Source: Octopus sinensis
Lineage: Eukaryota
Direction of reading: 5' to 3'
Length of the DNA stretch: 64,000 nt
Assembly: GCF_006345805.1 (NCBI RefSeq)
Contig: NC_043005.1
Location: forward strand, 11,904,001 to 11,968,000
This document shows, one piece after another, positions 11,370 through 25,352 of the stretch (position 1 is its first letter; each line of letters opens with the position of its first letter). Position numbers and translations under genes: made by a program. Under the pieces are notes generated by a model. It saw nothing but the letters and a program-made list of their open reading frames with translations. It ran no database searches and was not told where the DNA came from.

Positions 11370-13410
11370 GGTTGAAAAGGAACACACGAGTTGATTATAT
11401 ATGGAAAAAATTCAATGTAGAAAATGCTAAAATAATTTTATAAAACATTTTAATACCGATTTAGTTCATTGAGATTTTTTCAACTGTATGGAAAAGAATT
11501 AGATTTTGGAAAAATTAGAAGCAGTGTTTTTTAAAAGAATATTTGTATAATGTTCAAATACAAGTGGCATTTTCCTTGTTTCTGCCTGTCTCTGTTGTTC
11601 TTGTTTACTCTTGTAGGTTCGAGGTAGTTGGAAATTCTTGGTCAAGTGCCCTGAAAGTGACTTGTTGTGGATGGTAGTAGTAATTGAATTCCTGAGACAT
11701 CTCTTTTGAATGTATTGTTTATAATATTTGCGTAGTTGTTATTCAAAACAGTAATAGTAGTAAAGTAAGGATGGAGGTGTCGGAAAGGAAGAAGATGAAG
11801 AAGAAGAAGGGGAAAGAGAAGAGAGAATAAAAATGGGAATGTAGTTGGTATGATAGTTGTAGGATGTTAAATGGTCAAGTGACTTAAAAGTGGTTCGTTG
11901 TGGATTATAACAGCGATTGAGACTGTTTTTAATGAATTCTTGAGTTTCTCTTGAATGCATCATTTTTTTAATATTTGCGTGTGTGTTTGTGTCATTCTAA
12001 GGCCGTGGTGGATATGTCGTTTGTTGTAGATGCGTTCAAAAGGGTTCGGTATTTTGTAATAAAGAGATTCTCTTTACTAATTCATTGGCTACAAGTTGTA
12101 TCGTCCCTGAATAATTAGTAAAGGGGAAAACTTCTGAAGCTTGGATTTTTGTTATTGGCGGAAATGTCGATGTGTTGGCTGAATGCTATTTTTCTGTTTT
12201 TTGCAATTTTGTTCTAGGATCTGTGCAGAGCCATCCTTTGACGGAGATTGTTTTTGTTTGGCCTATATATTGCTCTTGACACCCAGAGCAGGTTAGTGCG
12301 TATATCAGGTTCTCCGAAGCACATGTGGAGCTGCTTTTCACTGTGAAACGTTGTCTCTGTTTGAAGGAGAACTCTGATCTTTCAATTAAATTAACGCATA
12401 GCCCACAGTTGGTTCTTCTGCATATTTTACTTACGGCTTCTGTCTTGTTGTTGAGCGTATTCGGACTTGTGTCAGGAGACCTTTTCATAGATTTGGGTAG
12501 TCTCTTGCTTTTTATGATGGTATTTGTTTGGAGGATCAAATTCATTCGGTGGTCCGTTTTACAGTAGAGGAATGTTTTGAAAGATGGTGTCGAAGGCTTC
12601 ATTGTTAAACGGGTTGTGGGTGGAGATGTATGGTAGGGATTTTGTTTGTAAATCCTTCTTTAATTTGGGGTGTCTGAGTTCGTGGATGTTGAGTTGTAGG
12701 GCATATTGAAAGCATATGTCAATTAGTGAAGGTGGCTAGTTCCTGGTGATAAGTGTATCCTTTAGTTCATGTAGTCGTGTGTCTCTAGTGCTTGCATTAG
12801 AAACTATAGTACATATCCTTTTTGTTAGGTTGAAGGGGATATTCATTCTGGTGTGTCTGTGGTGGCATGAGTTGAACGGTAGATATTGCCTGGAGTCCGT
12901 TGGCTTATAGTATATATCTCCTTCTATTACGTAGTTAGATTTCTTAATGAGAAGGTCGAAGAAGGGAAGTTGTTGATAGGTATATTCCATTGTGAATTGA
13001 ATGTTTACGTCAAGTCCATTTATAAGGGCTTGGAATTCTTTAAGTCTCTCTATACTTTCATGCCAAAGAAGGAAACAGCCATCTAGATATCTCTTCCAGT
13101 TATCTTCTATGTAGAGGGAGAATGGGCTGCCGTATTTTTGCAATGTGGTATGTGGGCATGTATAGAAACTGTTCCGCTTGGGTCACCACTCTCTCACTTG
13201 GATTTCTGAAGTAACAACATCTAGCTTCTCTAGCTCAAAATCATTGCCTCTGATTTCCTTGAATAAATTTGTTGCTCTCCGAACTTTATAAGCCACCATC
13301 CACACTTTGATCATAATTCCTCCTGCATTGGGATCATATAATTCACCTACCGTGGCCATCATTACACGCTGACTTCAGCAAACAAATGTCCATGGCTATC
13401 GCTGTCGTTC
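11370..13410 (-). mobile_element. Penelope-like element, Neptune-like, decayed (RT, Cys linker, GIY-YIG)
   Basis: ORF 12736-13143 has WKRYLDGCFLLW, FTME, DIYYKPTD..QYLPFNSCH..NIPFNL (PLE RT/thumb). ORF 12186-12602 has CRRTNCGLC and NLIYALTCSGCQEQYIGQT (GIY-YIG). The 3' end abuts (TG)n. Confidence 0.92.
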
Positions 13411-13607
13411 TATTCCAATGCTGCCACTGAAGAAACGAACTTATTTTTTATTCCCTACTCTTTTCACCGTCTACTGGCATTCCGAAGCGACAAAGACACG
13501 CTTAATCACTTTCACACTTCTGAACACACCTGCGGCCATAATGTCTCCACTTCTGAAACTATCGGTTCTAACTACACCTGCTCCATTTCCAAACTCCAAA
13601 TAACACA

Positions 13608-13705
<98 letters not shown>

Positions 13706-13807
13706 CATCATTATGTCATCCAACCTATCCAAAGAAAAATAGACACCCAAATAATTGGGGACACTTATGTGCAATTTAAACTATTATTTAATAATAGAGG
13801 GTATAGC

Positions 13808-14028
13808 AAGGGGGTGAGATTGCAGAATCACTAGCACGCCGGGCTAAACGCTTAACTGCATTTGGTCCGCCTCTACGTTAGGAGTTCGAATTCCGCCGAG
13901 GTCGACTTTGCATTTTATCCATCGAGGTCGATAAAATAAGTAGCAGTTGCACACTGGGATCGATGTAATCAGCTTACCCATTCCTCCGAAATTACTGGCC
14001 TTGTGCCAAATTATGAAACCAATATTAT
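13808..14028 (+). mobile_element. SINE family B
   Basis: gagttcgaattccgccgaggtcgactttgc..cactgggatcgatgtaatc..ggccttgtgccaaa. Confidence 0.88.
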
Positions 14029-16621
14029 ACAGTGTTACAGAAAAACCACATAGTTTAACAGCCATTGATGTTGCACAGTTCTTAAAGCTATCTGTTTGTA
14101 GATAAATTTTATCGTTGTTTTTCAATTATAATCATACTCGAGTCTGAGGCGTTTGTTATTGAAACGTTTATCAAATATGGTGAATCAGAGAGCTTTTTGC
14201 TTTGCCGCACCCTGTATTTTAATAATATTAGTCATATTTTACTGCTCTTAACTTGGTTCTCGTTTAAAGTTATTTGTGTTATGTCTGTACACACACTAAG
14301 AGTGCAATGCGAGTTGTTTGCTAAATGGAAAATTGTATTCACTATTGATAGGTAATTTCCATTTACCAAACATAAATGTTCTGCCACCCATCCCCAAATC
14401 ATCTCACGGATGCTGTCGTATGCTTATGGTGAGTCTATATGTTAAACCAAATATAAACAAGATATTATCAATGAAATGATTTATTCGCTCAAATATTAGA
14501 TATGTTAAGTTATCTATCACTGATCATAGTCAGTTAAAAGTGAAATGTCACTTTGAAAAGAAGCAATGCTAATGTCAGGGTAAACAGCTGCTGGAATCCT
14601 AATTCTTGTACTGTTGTTCATCTGAACCACTTTTCTATTTCAATATTTTTGTACACAACTATATATAAGCTGCCGGTTGAAATGAAATTTCCGAATATGG
14701 TAACGTGTCAATGATTGGAAGTCCAGAAGGGTGCGGTCTAGGTGAGAGTTGGGAAAAAATGGTTTGTAATTACTGCGGAATCTAAGAAGTACTATACATT
14801 AAGAGTGATGTTAGACGGATAAACAGACGTGTCTCGCGAGCGTCGTTGATGGGGAAACATATATTCCATATAAATAGAGTCAGCATTAGAATAAACAACG
14901 TTAGTGAATCAAAGTATATAGGTGAGGGAGTTTTTGCTAAATCGGGTTGATTTTCTTTAGAAAACCACTGAATTTAAAAGCAGAAATGTTTAACTTATTC
15001 TTGCATATGTCGTATTTAAGATTTATACAAGAAAAGAAGACAAACGTTAAAGAAATCTTGTTATTGGAGTGGGAATTTAATCTTTGAGAAGCAGTTTTGC
15101 CTCTGTTATATTTGCGGGGTTGATTGTAAAGAGTGTCAAAGGCTGAAAAACTTCACACTTGTAGTGATTAGAGGTTGTGTGTCTATCTGAAAATTACAAA
15201 AAAAAAATGACCGTTCAGAAATAATATAAAGTATACTTGCATCCATAGAATGTGTTATTTAGAAGAAATCTTATTTTGCTGTTTTGAAACATAAGGGATA
15301 TAACCCTGCGAGATTTATGATGTAGGAATGTTATCCTTTCACCTTCGTACACATAACTATACACACATGACGGAAAATATACACATAAGCAATATGAAGG
15401 TTAACTTTTATATATATATATATATATATTACATACGTACATACGCACGCGCAAACACACCTTTGTGTTATGTATACATGTATGTGTGTATATAGCAAGG
15501 AGTATATGTGAATTTATATGAATGTAAATATATACAAATAACATGTGTACAACATGCGTGCTCTGTAATATAAGCTAGGCAACATGTGTGATCTTTGTTT
15601 ATTAAGAAACCTTCTAACAACAGTATAAGGTATCGACAATCTTTTCTTTCCAGAGAATGAAAAATAATTGAAACAGATCGGAAAATTGTACAATAACAAA
15701 TGTATAAGTTAAAAATCATAGACACACACACACACACAATATTATACACACACATACGGAACTGTACATACAAAATAACAAAATAATAATCCGTTCGTCT
15801 TTATTTTTGCTTTGACTAAACAAACTCTGTAAATTTGGGCGTATGCCGTTCCCTTCGGGTGGAACTCGTAGTTGCACATTTTGAATCAGCCGCTTATAAA
15901 AATAATGGCAGTGGATAAAAAAGAAGCACATACAAATTAGAGAGAATCAATATTAGAATTTTTTCTTTGTAGATACTTCGCATTTTTTAAAAACTTCGTC
16001 CTGTGTGCGTGTTTGTGCGTGTGTGGGGTTTGTATGAATGCCGTTGAAGAGGCTAATACCCACTTCCTACACTCTGCAAAACAAATACACTTTATGAAAG
16101 ATAAATATAGAGATATGGTTGTAAATATACAAATGTATAAGCCTATGTGTACGTGTATCTATGTAATTGTTTAATGTATTATCATTGCGATAATATGTCT
16201 TGTTTAGTTTAGTTCAGGTTAGTTTATTTTAGTATTCTCTGCCTTTGTACTTATTCAATGTTCTAGGGTCCTTTGGATTTTATTGATGCCACAGAGAAGT
16301 CGAACCTAAAATGAAGCATCAGTTCGTCTAACGCTGGAGACGTTATCGCCGCCGCTAATTGTATCCCAGAGGGTCCTGCAATCGAGGGCCGATCACAAGA
16401 ACAGGAATTTGACTCCAGAATGTAAACAGGTGAAATGGATACGGAAGAACATCACGTCTTACTGCAATATTCCTTCAGAAACGGACCAGACTAACGATAT
16501 ATTTTCTTCCTCTAAAGTTGAAGTTGACATTAGCGTGATTTGAAGTCAGAGCCCTCAATTTTTTGGCATGTTATAGTTTTCGAAAACTAAGGTATATTTT
16601 CCGTTTACATGAGTAGATATT

Positions 16622-17006
16622 TGATGGAAGCACTCCGTCGGTTACGACGACGAGGGTTCCGGTTGATCCGATCAACGGAACAGCCTGCTCGTGAAATTAA
16701 CGTGTAAGTGGCTGAGCACTCCACAGACACGTGTACCCTTAACGTAGTTTTCGGGGATATTCAGCGTGACACAGAGAATGACAAGGCCGGCCCTTTGAAA
16801 TACAGGTACAACAGAAACAGGAAGTAAGAGTGAGAGAAAGTTGTGGTGAAAGAGTACAGCAGGGATCACCACCATCCCCTGCCGGAGCCTCGTGGAGCTT
16901 TAGGTGTTTTCGTTCAATAAACACTCACAACGCCTGGTCTGGGAATCGAAACCGCGATCCTACGACCGCGAGTCCGCTGCCCTAACCACTGGGCCATTGC
17001 GCCTCC
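16622..17006 (-). mobile_element. tRNA(Arg)-like-headed SINE, family C, with 10-bp TSD
   Basis: The head ggaggcgcaatggcccagtggttagggcagcggactcgcgg..ggtttcgattccc has A and B boxes and a TCG loop; agtagatatt is duplicated at 16612-16621 and 17008-17017. Confidence 0.92.
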
Positions 17007-18219
17007 TAGTAGATATTAGATACGCGTTGAAATATTTCATTACTGCTGTTTCTTATTTTTAGATTGTTCAAGAAATTCTTAGAAGCTTTAACCAGTTGAG
17101 ATTGCATGGGATTTGAGCGCAAAGAGATTTTTAGCATTAATCGTGGAGGTGATTGTTTGGCTTTTGTGCTCATGAATAGCATTACGTTGAGGTTTCAATT
17201 CGTGATCGGAGTAGTGCGTTGTGTCATTGAGCAAGTCACATTATTGCATGCTCTTCGAGTCTATTTAACTGAAAATGAGTATCAGCCACTCACTGCTACA
17301 TCTCTCTCTCTCTTTTAGATTTTCTGCTCAGTCATGAGTGAAAGTTCAGCGAGCATATTCGTGTCTGATCATGATGACTAAATACGAACCTAAAATAATT
17401 ATCGAAAGCATTATACGCGGTACGAGGTCATATTCGCTGGTGGATTATGTACAAAGGATTTTATTTGTACATATATAACTGTAATCATGAATGTAAGTAT
17501 GTGAGTGTGTGCAATCATGTATGTTATTTCTTGAACAGTATGTATGTTTTGATGTGTATACTTGCGCCTATCATAAATTCAATTCACCTATACATGCCTC
17601 TTACTGCAAGATTATCTTTAGGAATGTTTTACATATATATTCACAGTTTTATTAACGGTTTGCAACAGTAATTTCCAAATTAGCCGTGTCCTATGTGGTT
17701 TTATGAAATCCAGTTTCTTAAGATTAATACTGAAACTGTTATTTATATATCCAAATGCCGAAATAATTACAAATGTAAGAATGTAGGTATGTCATTGAGC
17801 ATACTTGTATATTAGCTCGTGTAAGAAGTATGTATTACTTGCTATAAATCAACTGGTATTTCATTGGCTTCTGCTGGAAAATATGTGCAGACAAACGGTA
17901 ACAGTAAATTTGAAGACTTCATTTAACATATATAACCGTTGTAAGTTACATCATCTGCGAAAATGGCTTGCAGGTATAGGATTTGAGAGATTGCCCCGGG
18001 AATTTTAATCCCCATAATACTTTGCTTCTGTGTAAACCCATTTAAATTGTTCGTAACAACGCAAAGCATTTATCAGCAATACTAGTAATAAAGTTTGGCT
18101 CGATACCAGAAAATGATGGTTTACTGAACCTGATCAGTGCATTTGCATCGTATTCACACGGTCAAAATACTATTTCATTATGACGCCATATTCTGTAGTG
18201 TTCACACAAACACACACAC

Positions 18220-18232
18220 ACACACACACTAT

Positions 18233-18284
<52 letters not shown>

Positions 18285-18372
18285 CATATATATATATAGT
18301 TATATATAATATATATATATATATATATACACATATATATATATATACATATATATATACATATTTATACAC

Positions 18373-18424
<52 letters not shown>

Positions 18425-18482
18425 TTATATACATATTTATACATATATATATATACATATATATATATACATATTTATACAC

Positions 18483-18517
<35 letters not shown>

Positions 18518-18621
18518 ATATATATATATACATATTTATATACATATTTATACATATATATATATACATATACATACATATATATATATACATATATATA
18601 TACATATATATATATATATAC
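18220..18621. repeat. Long compound (TA)n/(TACA) microsatellite
   Basis: Read directly. Confidence 0.97.
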
Positions 18622-19176
18622 CCGGCTTTTCTAGCATTATGGCCTCGTTACAGCTTGAAATATGTACGTACTTTGCCAGAACGTATAATCAATAGAGTTG
18701 CATTATACTATTAAACTTTTATTCTCTTTATATGGACTGCAGTAATGCTGTCAAATTTTCATGACGTAATTAGTTTCGTTAGCACTAAGTAATTTGCCGT
18801 AAATATTGTAAAAATATTTTTATCGCTTTCTAACACCTCTCGCGCCCAAGTCGTTAGAAAAAGATCTGCAGTGAAAATACATAGAGAAAACGAAACTTAT
18901 TTATTGATAATTTTTAACGATTATTAGAAAACATCTGTAACTTATACTGAAATCAAAGTGTAGAGTTTACATTTAAAACACGTCAAATGTTCAAACCTTG
19001 TTTCCTGTAGTATCGTTGTCACACCCGATTTAATCTTTGAAGTTTTTTAACTTAAGTATGAAAATTTAAATTTGCGTTAGAATTAACTATATATACATAA
19101 TAAAATACTTCAATGCTTTTATGTATATATAACTGAATGAAGTTCGTTGAACCTCGTATTTCTTACTTATACTAAA

Positions 19177-19567
19177 CTAGCAGTATCGCCCTGCGTTGCT
19201 CGGGTTTGTAAGGGAAATAACTATATAAGCATTTTTAGAGAGTTATAGCCAAAAAATAGCAAAAAAAAAAAATTAAAAATGGGAAACAAATTATGGTAAT
19301 TTTTTTTTAAATCGTTGACTCATCGTAGACATTTTTAGAGAGTTACTTCCCTTATATAATAGCGAAAAAAATGCATTAAAATGGAAAAAAATGAATGTAA
19401 TTTTTTTTTAAATCGTAGACTCATCGTAGACGCGCGCTAATACGCAGAAGGGCTCGATATGAATCACGACTATAAGATACCCGGTTTTGGTTAAACTGCA
19501 CCGCAAAATGTGGGAGTAGTAAGGAATCTAAATCGTAGGAGACAGACTTGACTTTTATATATAAAGA
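19177..19567 (-). mobile_element. Non-autonomous Helitron, family 1
   Basis: On the minus strand: A|TCTTTATATATAAAAG ... cccgagcaacgcaggg hairpin, then cgatactg CTAG|T; inserted in an AT target with no TSD. Confidence 0.9.
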
Positions 19568-19584
19568 TATTCATACTTTCAGCT

Positions 19585-19745
19585 ATAGACACAGGGCCTG
19601 AAGTTTTGTTGAGATGGGGAATAAGACGATTACGTCGACCTCAGTGCTCAACTTGTACTTATATTATCGACAAAGAAAGGATTAAACGCAAAGCCGAACC
19701 CGACGGAATCTGAGTTTAGAACTTAAATTCGGCATGCTCACCTCC
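19585..19745 (-). mobile_element. SINE family B, degenerate
   Basis: gattacgtcgacctcagtgctcaact..gacggaatctgagtttagaac. Confidence 0.7.
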
Positions 19746-19809
19746 TTTGTTCCTATTAAATATTATATGAGAATATACATATCTAAGGTAAGTTTTAAAT
19801 TTTAAATAT

Positions 19810-19968
19810 GCAACAGGAGTGGCTGTGTGGTAAGAAGCTTGCTTACCAACCACTTGGTTCCGAGTTCAGACCCACTGCGTGGCACCTTGGTCAAGCGTCT
19901 TCTCCTATAGCCTCGGGCCAACTAAAGCCTTGTGAGTGGATTTAGTAGACGCAAACTGAAAGTCGTAT

Positions 19969-20055
<87 letters not shown>

Positions 20056-20278
20056 CTGTGTGCATGTGTGTGTGTGTTTGTGTGTCTGTGTTGTCCCCTC
20101 CCAACATCGCTTGAAAACCGATGCTGGTGTGTTTATGTCCCCATAACGCAGCAGTTCACCAGAAAAGACAGATACAATAAATAACAGACATAAAAAAAGG
20201 ATTGGATTCAACTTGTTCGACTAATCATTTCAAGGCATTGCTCTAGCACGGCTGCAGTCCATTAACAAAACAAGTAAA
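19810..20278 (+). mobile_element. tRNA-derived SINE family A with internal TA/TG microsatellite
   Basis: ggagtggctgtgtggtaagaagcttgc..ttccgagttcagacccactgcgtggcaccttgg..(TA)(TG)..ccaacatcgcttgaaaaccgatgctgg; further copies at 26181, 51432, 58988 and 59728. Confidence 0.9.
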
Positions 20279-21220
20279 CGGCAAACGATTCTATTTACGA
20301 GCCTTCCTAGTCTAATTTGAGGTCTAATTCTTGGGTATGATTAAGGCTTCTGAAATGGTTGCAGATTGCTTGATAGAAATATACTGGGCATGTTGTAGTT
20401 TGTTTGGAAAGTAGTGGAAATATTGTTGTGATTTGTGCAATAGGAAGGAGATAGGAGTATTGATGTCGTAAGTGTATCAGATCGTTTTAGAAAAGAAATT
20501 GTGTTCAGAGTGTCAATGGCTGTTTTGTAAGAGGGATTTGATACTTTATCGACGAGCAAATACCTCTTGAATATTTGTGTGAAGAGTCTTCTGACAGGTT
20601 AGCTTTTACTTATATACAAATTTTATTTGTGTGATAGTTGCACCAAAGCAGAAAAAAAAACAAGGATTACTCAGGTTTAGAGAAATATAGGAACTCAAAG
20701 AACGAAGAGAAAGAGAGGGACAGTGTCAGAATGAGCGAATGTATCGAATAACGATATCTTTCTTTGACGTTAGCGAGATCTGTGACATAGCTTTTACTCA
20801 TGTAAAGAATGTAAAAGTATCATTTCGAAATTTTACTAATATTCTTGTGCTTTTCTTTCTAGAAGTATAATGACAGTGTTCACGTTGTTGTATAAAATCA
20901 TTGAAGAATATTTTTTCTTAGCGGCGCATTCATGGAAGAAGTGATTTCTTGGAGTAAATTATTGACATGTATATAAAAAAAGGAAGCAGCTACAAAACAT
21001 TCCATAGTGAAGTAGTTAAATGTTTGAGAAGAATAACTGCGTATTCTGGAGAATTCTAGCAATGCATGTTGCAAAATAATCCTACGTTATGAAAGAGGCA
21101 TGACACCTATCGATAGGCAGAATATTTTCTTGTCTGATGGAACAGCGACTTCTGATAGTGTCAGAGTAAAAGCAATCAGTTTCACGTTTTTCCAGTCTAA
21201 CTGGAAAAATAACTGATATT

Positions 21221-21296
<76 letters not shown>

Positions 21297-21361
21297 TTCA
21301 TAAAGCACGATATATTCGTAATCAGAGGCGTACGTAAACCGAGGTTCTGCTATGTGTTCTG

Positions 21362-21437
<76 letters not shown>

Positions 21438-23665
21438 AGTGGATGTGTGCGTGTGTCGTTACACAAAGTCAATAGCCGAGACATTAAAATAATTCATAAA
21501 ATGCCCATGTGTGCTTATATCTGTGCGCACGCGCTTGTGTGTATGTTGATACATCATTAAAATGTCTGTTTTGAGGCATGGATAAAATACACTGCAATGG
21601 ATGATGATATACCTTGTTGCATATGCTTATCTTATTGATTGTAGTTGACGTAAGTTGGGTGAAAAGTGAATACAAGCCTGACCTTTACGTGCTGATGAGC
21701 CGTTAACGAAAGCTAGTGTCTTTCCTCTTTAAACTTAAAAATGTATACATGTCTCCTCTTTTAGATTTGATACACAACTATGACAAGTGTCTTTTCTGAT
21801 TACCTAAAGAGAGAAAACATTTGCCCTTGTTGCAAAACACATATTCTTTCTGATGATTATAGTCATTCGACAATTCGATTTTATGTCTATCCTCAGGATA
21901 GTAAACAAAAGATATAGCTTGTCTGCTTACATTAACAATGCAAAAAAGTATATATTTTTATAAGGAGATAGCTAATAACTATACAAATACAAAATGTCAT
22001 TGCTAAAATTCTTACTAGAAAATTTAGATTCGCCTAAACAGATACATCGAGAAACTAAAAACCAGGGTATATCAATAATTCTGTCAGTTTACAATAATAT
22101 ATATTGTAAGTATAATTCAGAACTTTCAAATACTTGTGATATGGAATTTTATTTCTAACAAATTACAGATGATCACCATCTAGTATTGATCTATACCATC
22201 TGAAGACGACACCTATGGCTATAATTAGAGAGAAATAAAAAAGATATGAATCATATATCTTTTTTTAGATAATATTGAAGGTAAGCAATTAAAATAGTTG
22301 TAATTTTTTTCTCTATGGCTTGTTCATATTGAAATATATGCTAACATTTTGCTTGTCGTCAAGTTTTATGTATCATTATTTTCTCTTAACAGCCTGAACA
22401 AAATATATATGACAAGTAATGCTGGACAAATTTGATGACACTTCAGTGAAGACTAAACTAATAAATTATAATTGTGTAAAAATAGTACCGTCTCTGTCAT
22501 TTAACCTGTTTTCATATATTAGTTTGATGATCATAAACGGTGTAAAAAATCAAATCTTCTTAAGTTTCTGAGAAGAATAAGTTATTTTTCATAGTTTCGG
22601 CTCATGTAGATGTAGGGAATAATAAATCATCTGTTAGCTATTTGATGACGACCCCCTATACGGAGTATATTGATTTCTCATCTAGGTATCTCCATGAAGC
22701 CGGAGCTACATAGCATACAAAACAAAGAGTTTTTCTAGGAAATGAATGATAACATTGTATGGAAACTGATTATGAGGAATCAGCTGTAACTGTTGTCTTT
22801 ATTGGCACCGTTAATTATCGTCGTTTTGTCCTCATCAATCTAAATCAACAGTACTTTTATTTGATATCAGTAACAAATCAATGTAGGGCAGTCGACTGAC
22901 AGAACAGATAGAGTCGGGCAAGTTTCTTTGCACTATCTGTTCAAGGCCTCCGTTCTGACAAAACGCCTGCGACAATTCTGGTACTAGGAGGTAACGACCA
23001 AAGTTGTCAGTCTTACTCTGGGATAAACACTGATGCGATGAAGAGGTAAAACTTGTATGTATGGGTAACTGCTTGTCTTCCACAAAAATTCCTTGAGGAA
23101 CAGTCACCAATGATCAACAGAAGTCTTACATCGAATGTAATCGAAAAAAAAAATGAGCATTCAGTTACCAAAAAATGAGTCTCAGACGTAGAAATGAATA
23201 TAGAAAAGTGAAGAATGGAACCAAAAAATATGAAACATTAAGTCTGTTTGTCTATTATTTTTAACGAATTACCACCCTCTTATATGGCATTAAAGTCGTC
23301 TCACTCCCTTCAGAAAAAACAGACTGTTATGACAAAACGCTATAGAAAATGCTTCAATAGTTATCTTTATTATTTTTTCCTGTCTCACTTGGATAACATT
23401 TTCATAACATTTTATCTTAGATAAACAATTATATAGAAGAATATACTGATAAAATTAATGCTTTTCTTTATTTCTTAAAACTATTCTATACTTTTTTTTT
23501 TTTTTAGAATTTTGCTGTTCAGCATATTTTTTTTATTCACTTCAAATATCTTGTAGATAACGCGCTTTTGTGTGGTTATATTTATGCTTAAATATACGCA
23601 TGTACGCACTCTCACACATAAAAACACATACACACATATACGCACGCACACACATACATAAATGT

Positions 23666-23708
<43 letters not shown>

Positions 23709-24101
23709 CTCACATTTATAAAATAATATTTTTATCTAATATGCAGACATACTTATAAGTGTACACAAACTCACATACATTAATATATAAATATATATGT
23801 ATGAATATAATACTCACACACACACACACACACACATATGTATATATATACATGCACCCACAATATATATTTGCGTGTGCGTAAGTGAGTGTATATATCT
23901 TGTGTGCTTGCTTACACGCGTATCACAGGAACATACATATGTTTCAATAGTAAGGAAAATGCAAAAGATTAGAAAACTGGAATCAATTTAAAATCAGTCA
24001 AGTTAAACTACTGAGAAATATCTATCTATCTAACTATATATCTGTCTGTCTATCTATGCATCTTTCTGTCTGCCTGTCTGTCTGTCTATATATCTACACA
24101 T

Positions 24102-24144
<43 letters not shown>

Positions 24145-24158
24145 AATGTAGATATATA

Positions 24159-24866
24159 TCTTTATATATATAAAACTGAGAATGTGTGTCTGTCTGTCTG
24201 TCTGTGTGTTTCCCTAAAACTTGAGAACTACACAACCAATTTCATTCAAATTTTACACATGCCTTACTTAGGGTCCATGTAGTTTCATGGGCAAACAAAT
24301 GTTCAACTTCTTGCCTAGAGCGAGCCCATAGCAATATCATATCTTCTCCACTATTTCAGTATTACGTGTTAAAAGTGAAACAAGAATATTTCTCTATTTT
24401 ATGTCAGATGCTTTCATTTTAACAATAAAAATAATAATAACAATTGAATTATATGTGGTAAGTAATAATTAAAATCAAACTAAAGTATAATATAATCGTA
24501 ACATACAAAAGTAAAAATAGCAATTGGTATAAAATTGCATCAATGATTTGAACTTGAATAAGTGGTTTCACATGAATGGGAAGTAAATTAAAAATAAAAT
24601 TAGCGTGCAGAAATGGAAAAGTCCAGATGGATAATAAAAAATTAAATTAAAGAAAAGACTATTGTCTATAAAGTATACAATGTAGAGAAAAAAGAAGAGC
24701 TAACAATTCCAGTCTGTTATATATTTTGAGTATTGTTATCTCTAGCGAGATCAAGATATGACTTTGTATTTTGCATTTTATGTGTACATGTAATATGTAC
24801 ACATATATATACACATATATACATGCACTAGCACTATGTCCAGGCAACGACGGGTCTTTAATGCTA

Positions 24867-24867
<1 letters not shown>
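24159..24867 (+). mobile_element. Non-autonomous Helitron, family 2
   Basis: A|TCTTTATATATATAAAACTGAG, a (TGTC)n run near the 5' end, and a degenerate ccaggcaacgacggg hairpin followed by tctttaatg CTAG|T. Confidence 0.85.
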
Positions 24868-24917
<50 letters not shown>

Positions 24918-25271
24918 ATATATGAGAGAGAGAAATAGATAGACAGATAGTAAGATAGAGACGCACGCACGCACACACTCATATATAAATATTCATAAAT
25001 GAGGGTGAAAAATTAGATATTAATTTAATAATATCGTCAGTTTAACACCAAGTGGCCTAGCACATTAATCTATCTTTTCGTTGTATTTCGCTTCCCTTAC
25101 GTTGAAGGTAATGTTGTTTCTTCTGTGGAAACAACTTCGGTGGCTATACCAGAATAAGGAGCTATTTCTAGCACTAGAGTTAACCACTTAACATTAACTC
25201 TCTTATATTTATATATATATATAGGAAGACGCGTCGCAAGTATAATGGCACGCATGGACGCACACTCGCAC

Positions 25272-25352
25272 ATACATACATACATACATACATACATACA
25301 TACATACATACATACATACATACATACATACATACATACATACATACATACC
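25272..25352. repeat. (CATA)n microsatellite
   Basis: Read directly. Confidence 0.97.

Noticed and set aside
11440-11490. Hammerhead at the 3' end of the Neptune-like element
   Set aside because: Both core segments are too mutated (ttgaaaa, taaa) to support a call.
16935-17006. tRNA-Arg(TCG) gene
   Set aside because: No paired acceptor stem; it continues into a multi-copy SINE body with a TSD.
21692-21720. CTGATGAG..CGAAAGCTA as a hammerhead
   Set aside because: The core letters are present but stem I cannot pair (cgtg versus gtgt).
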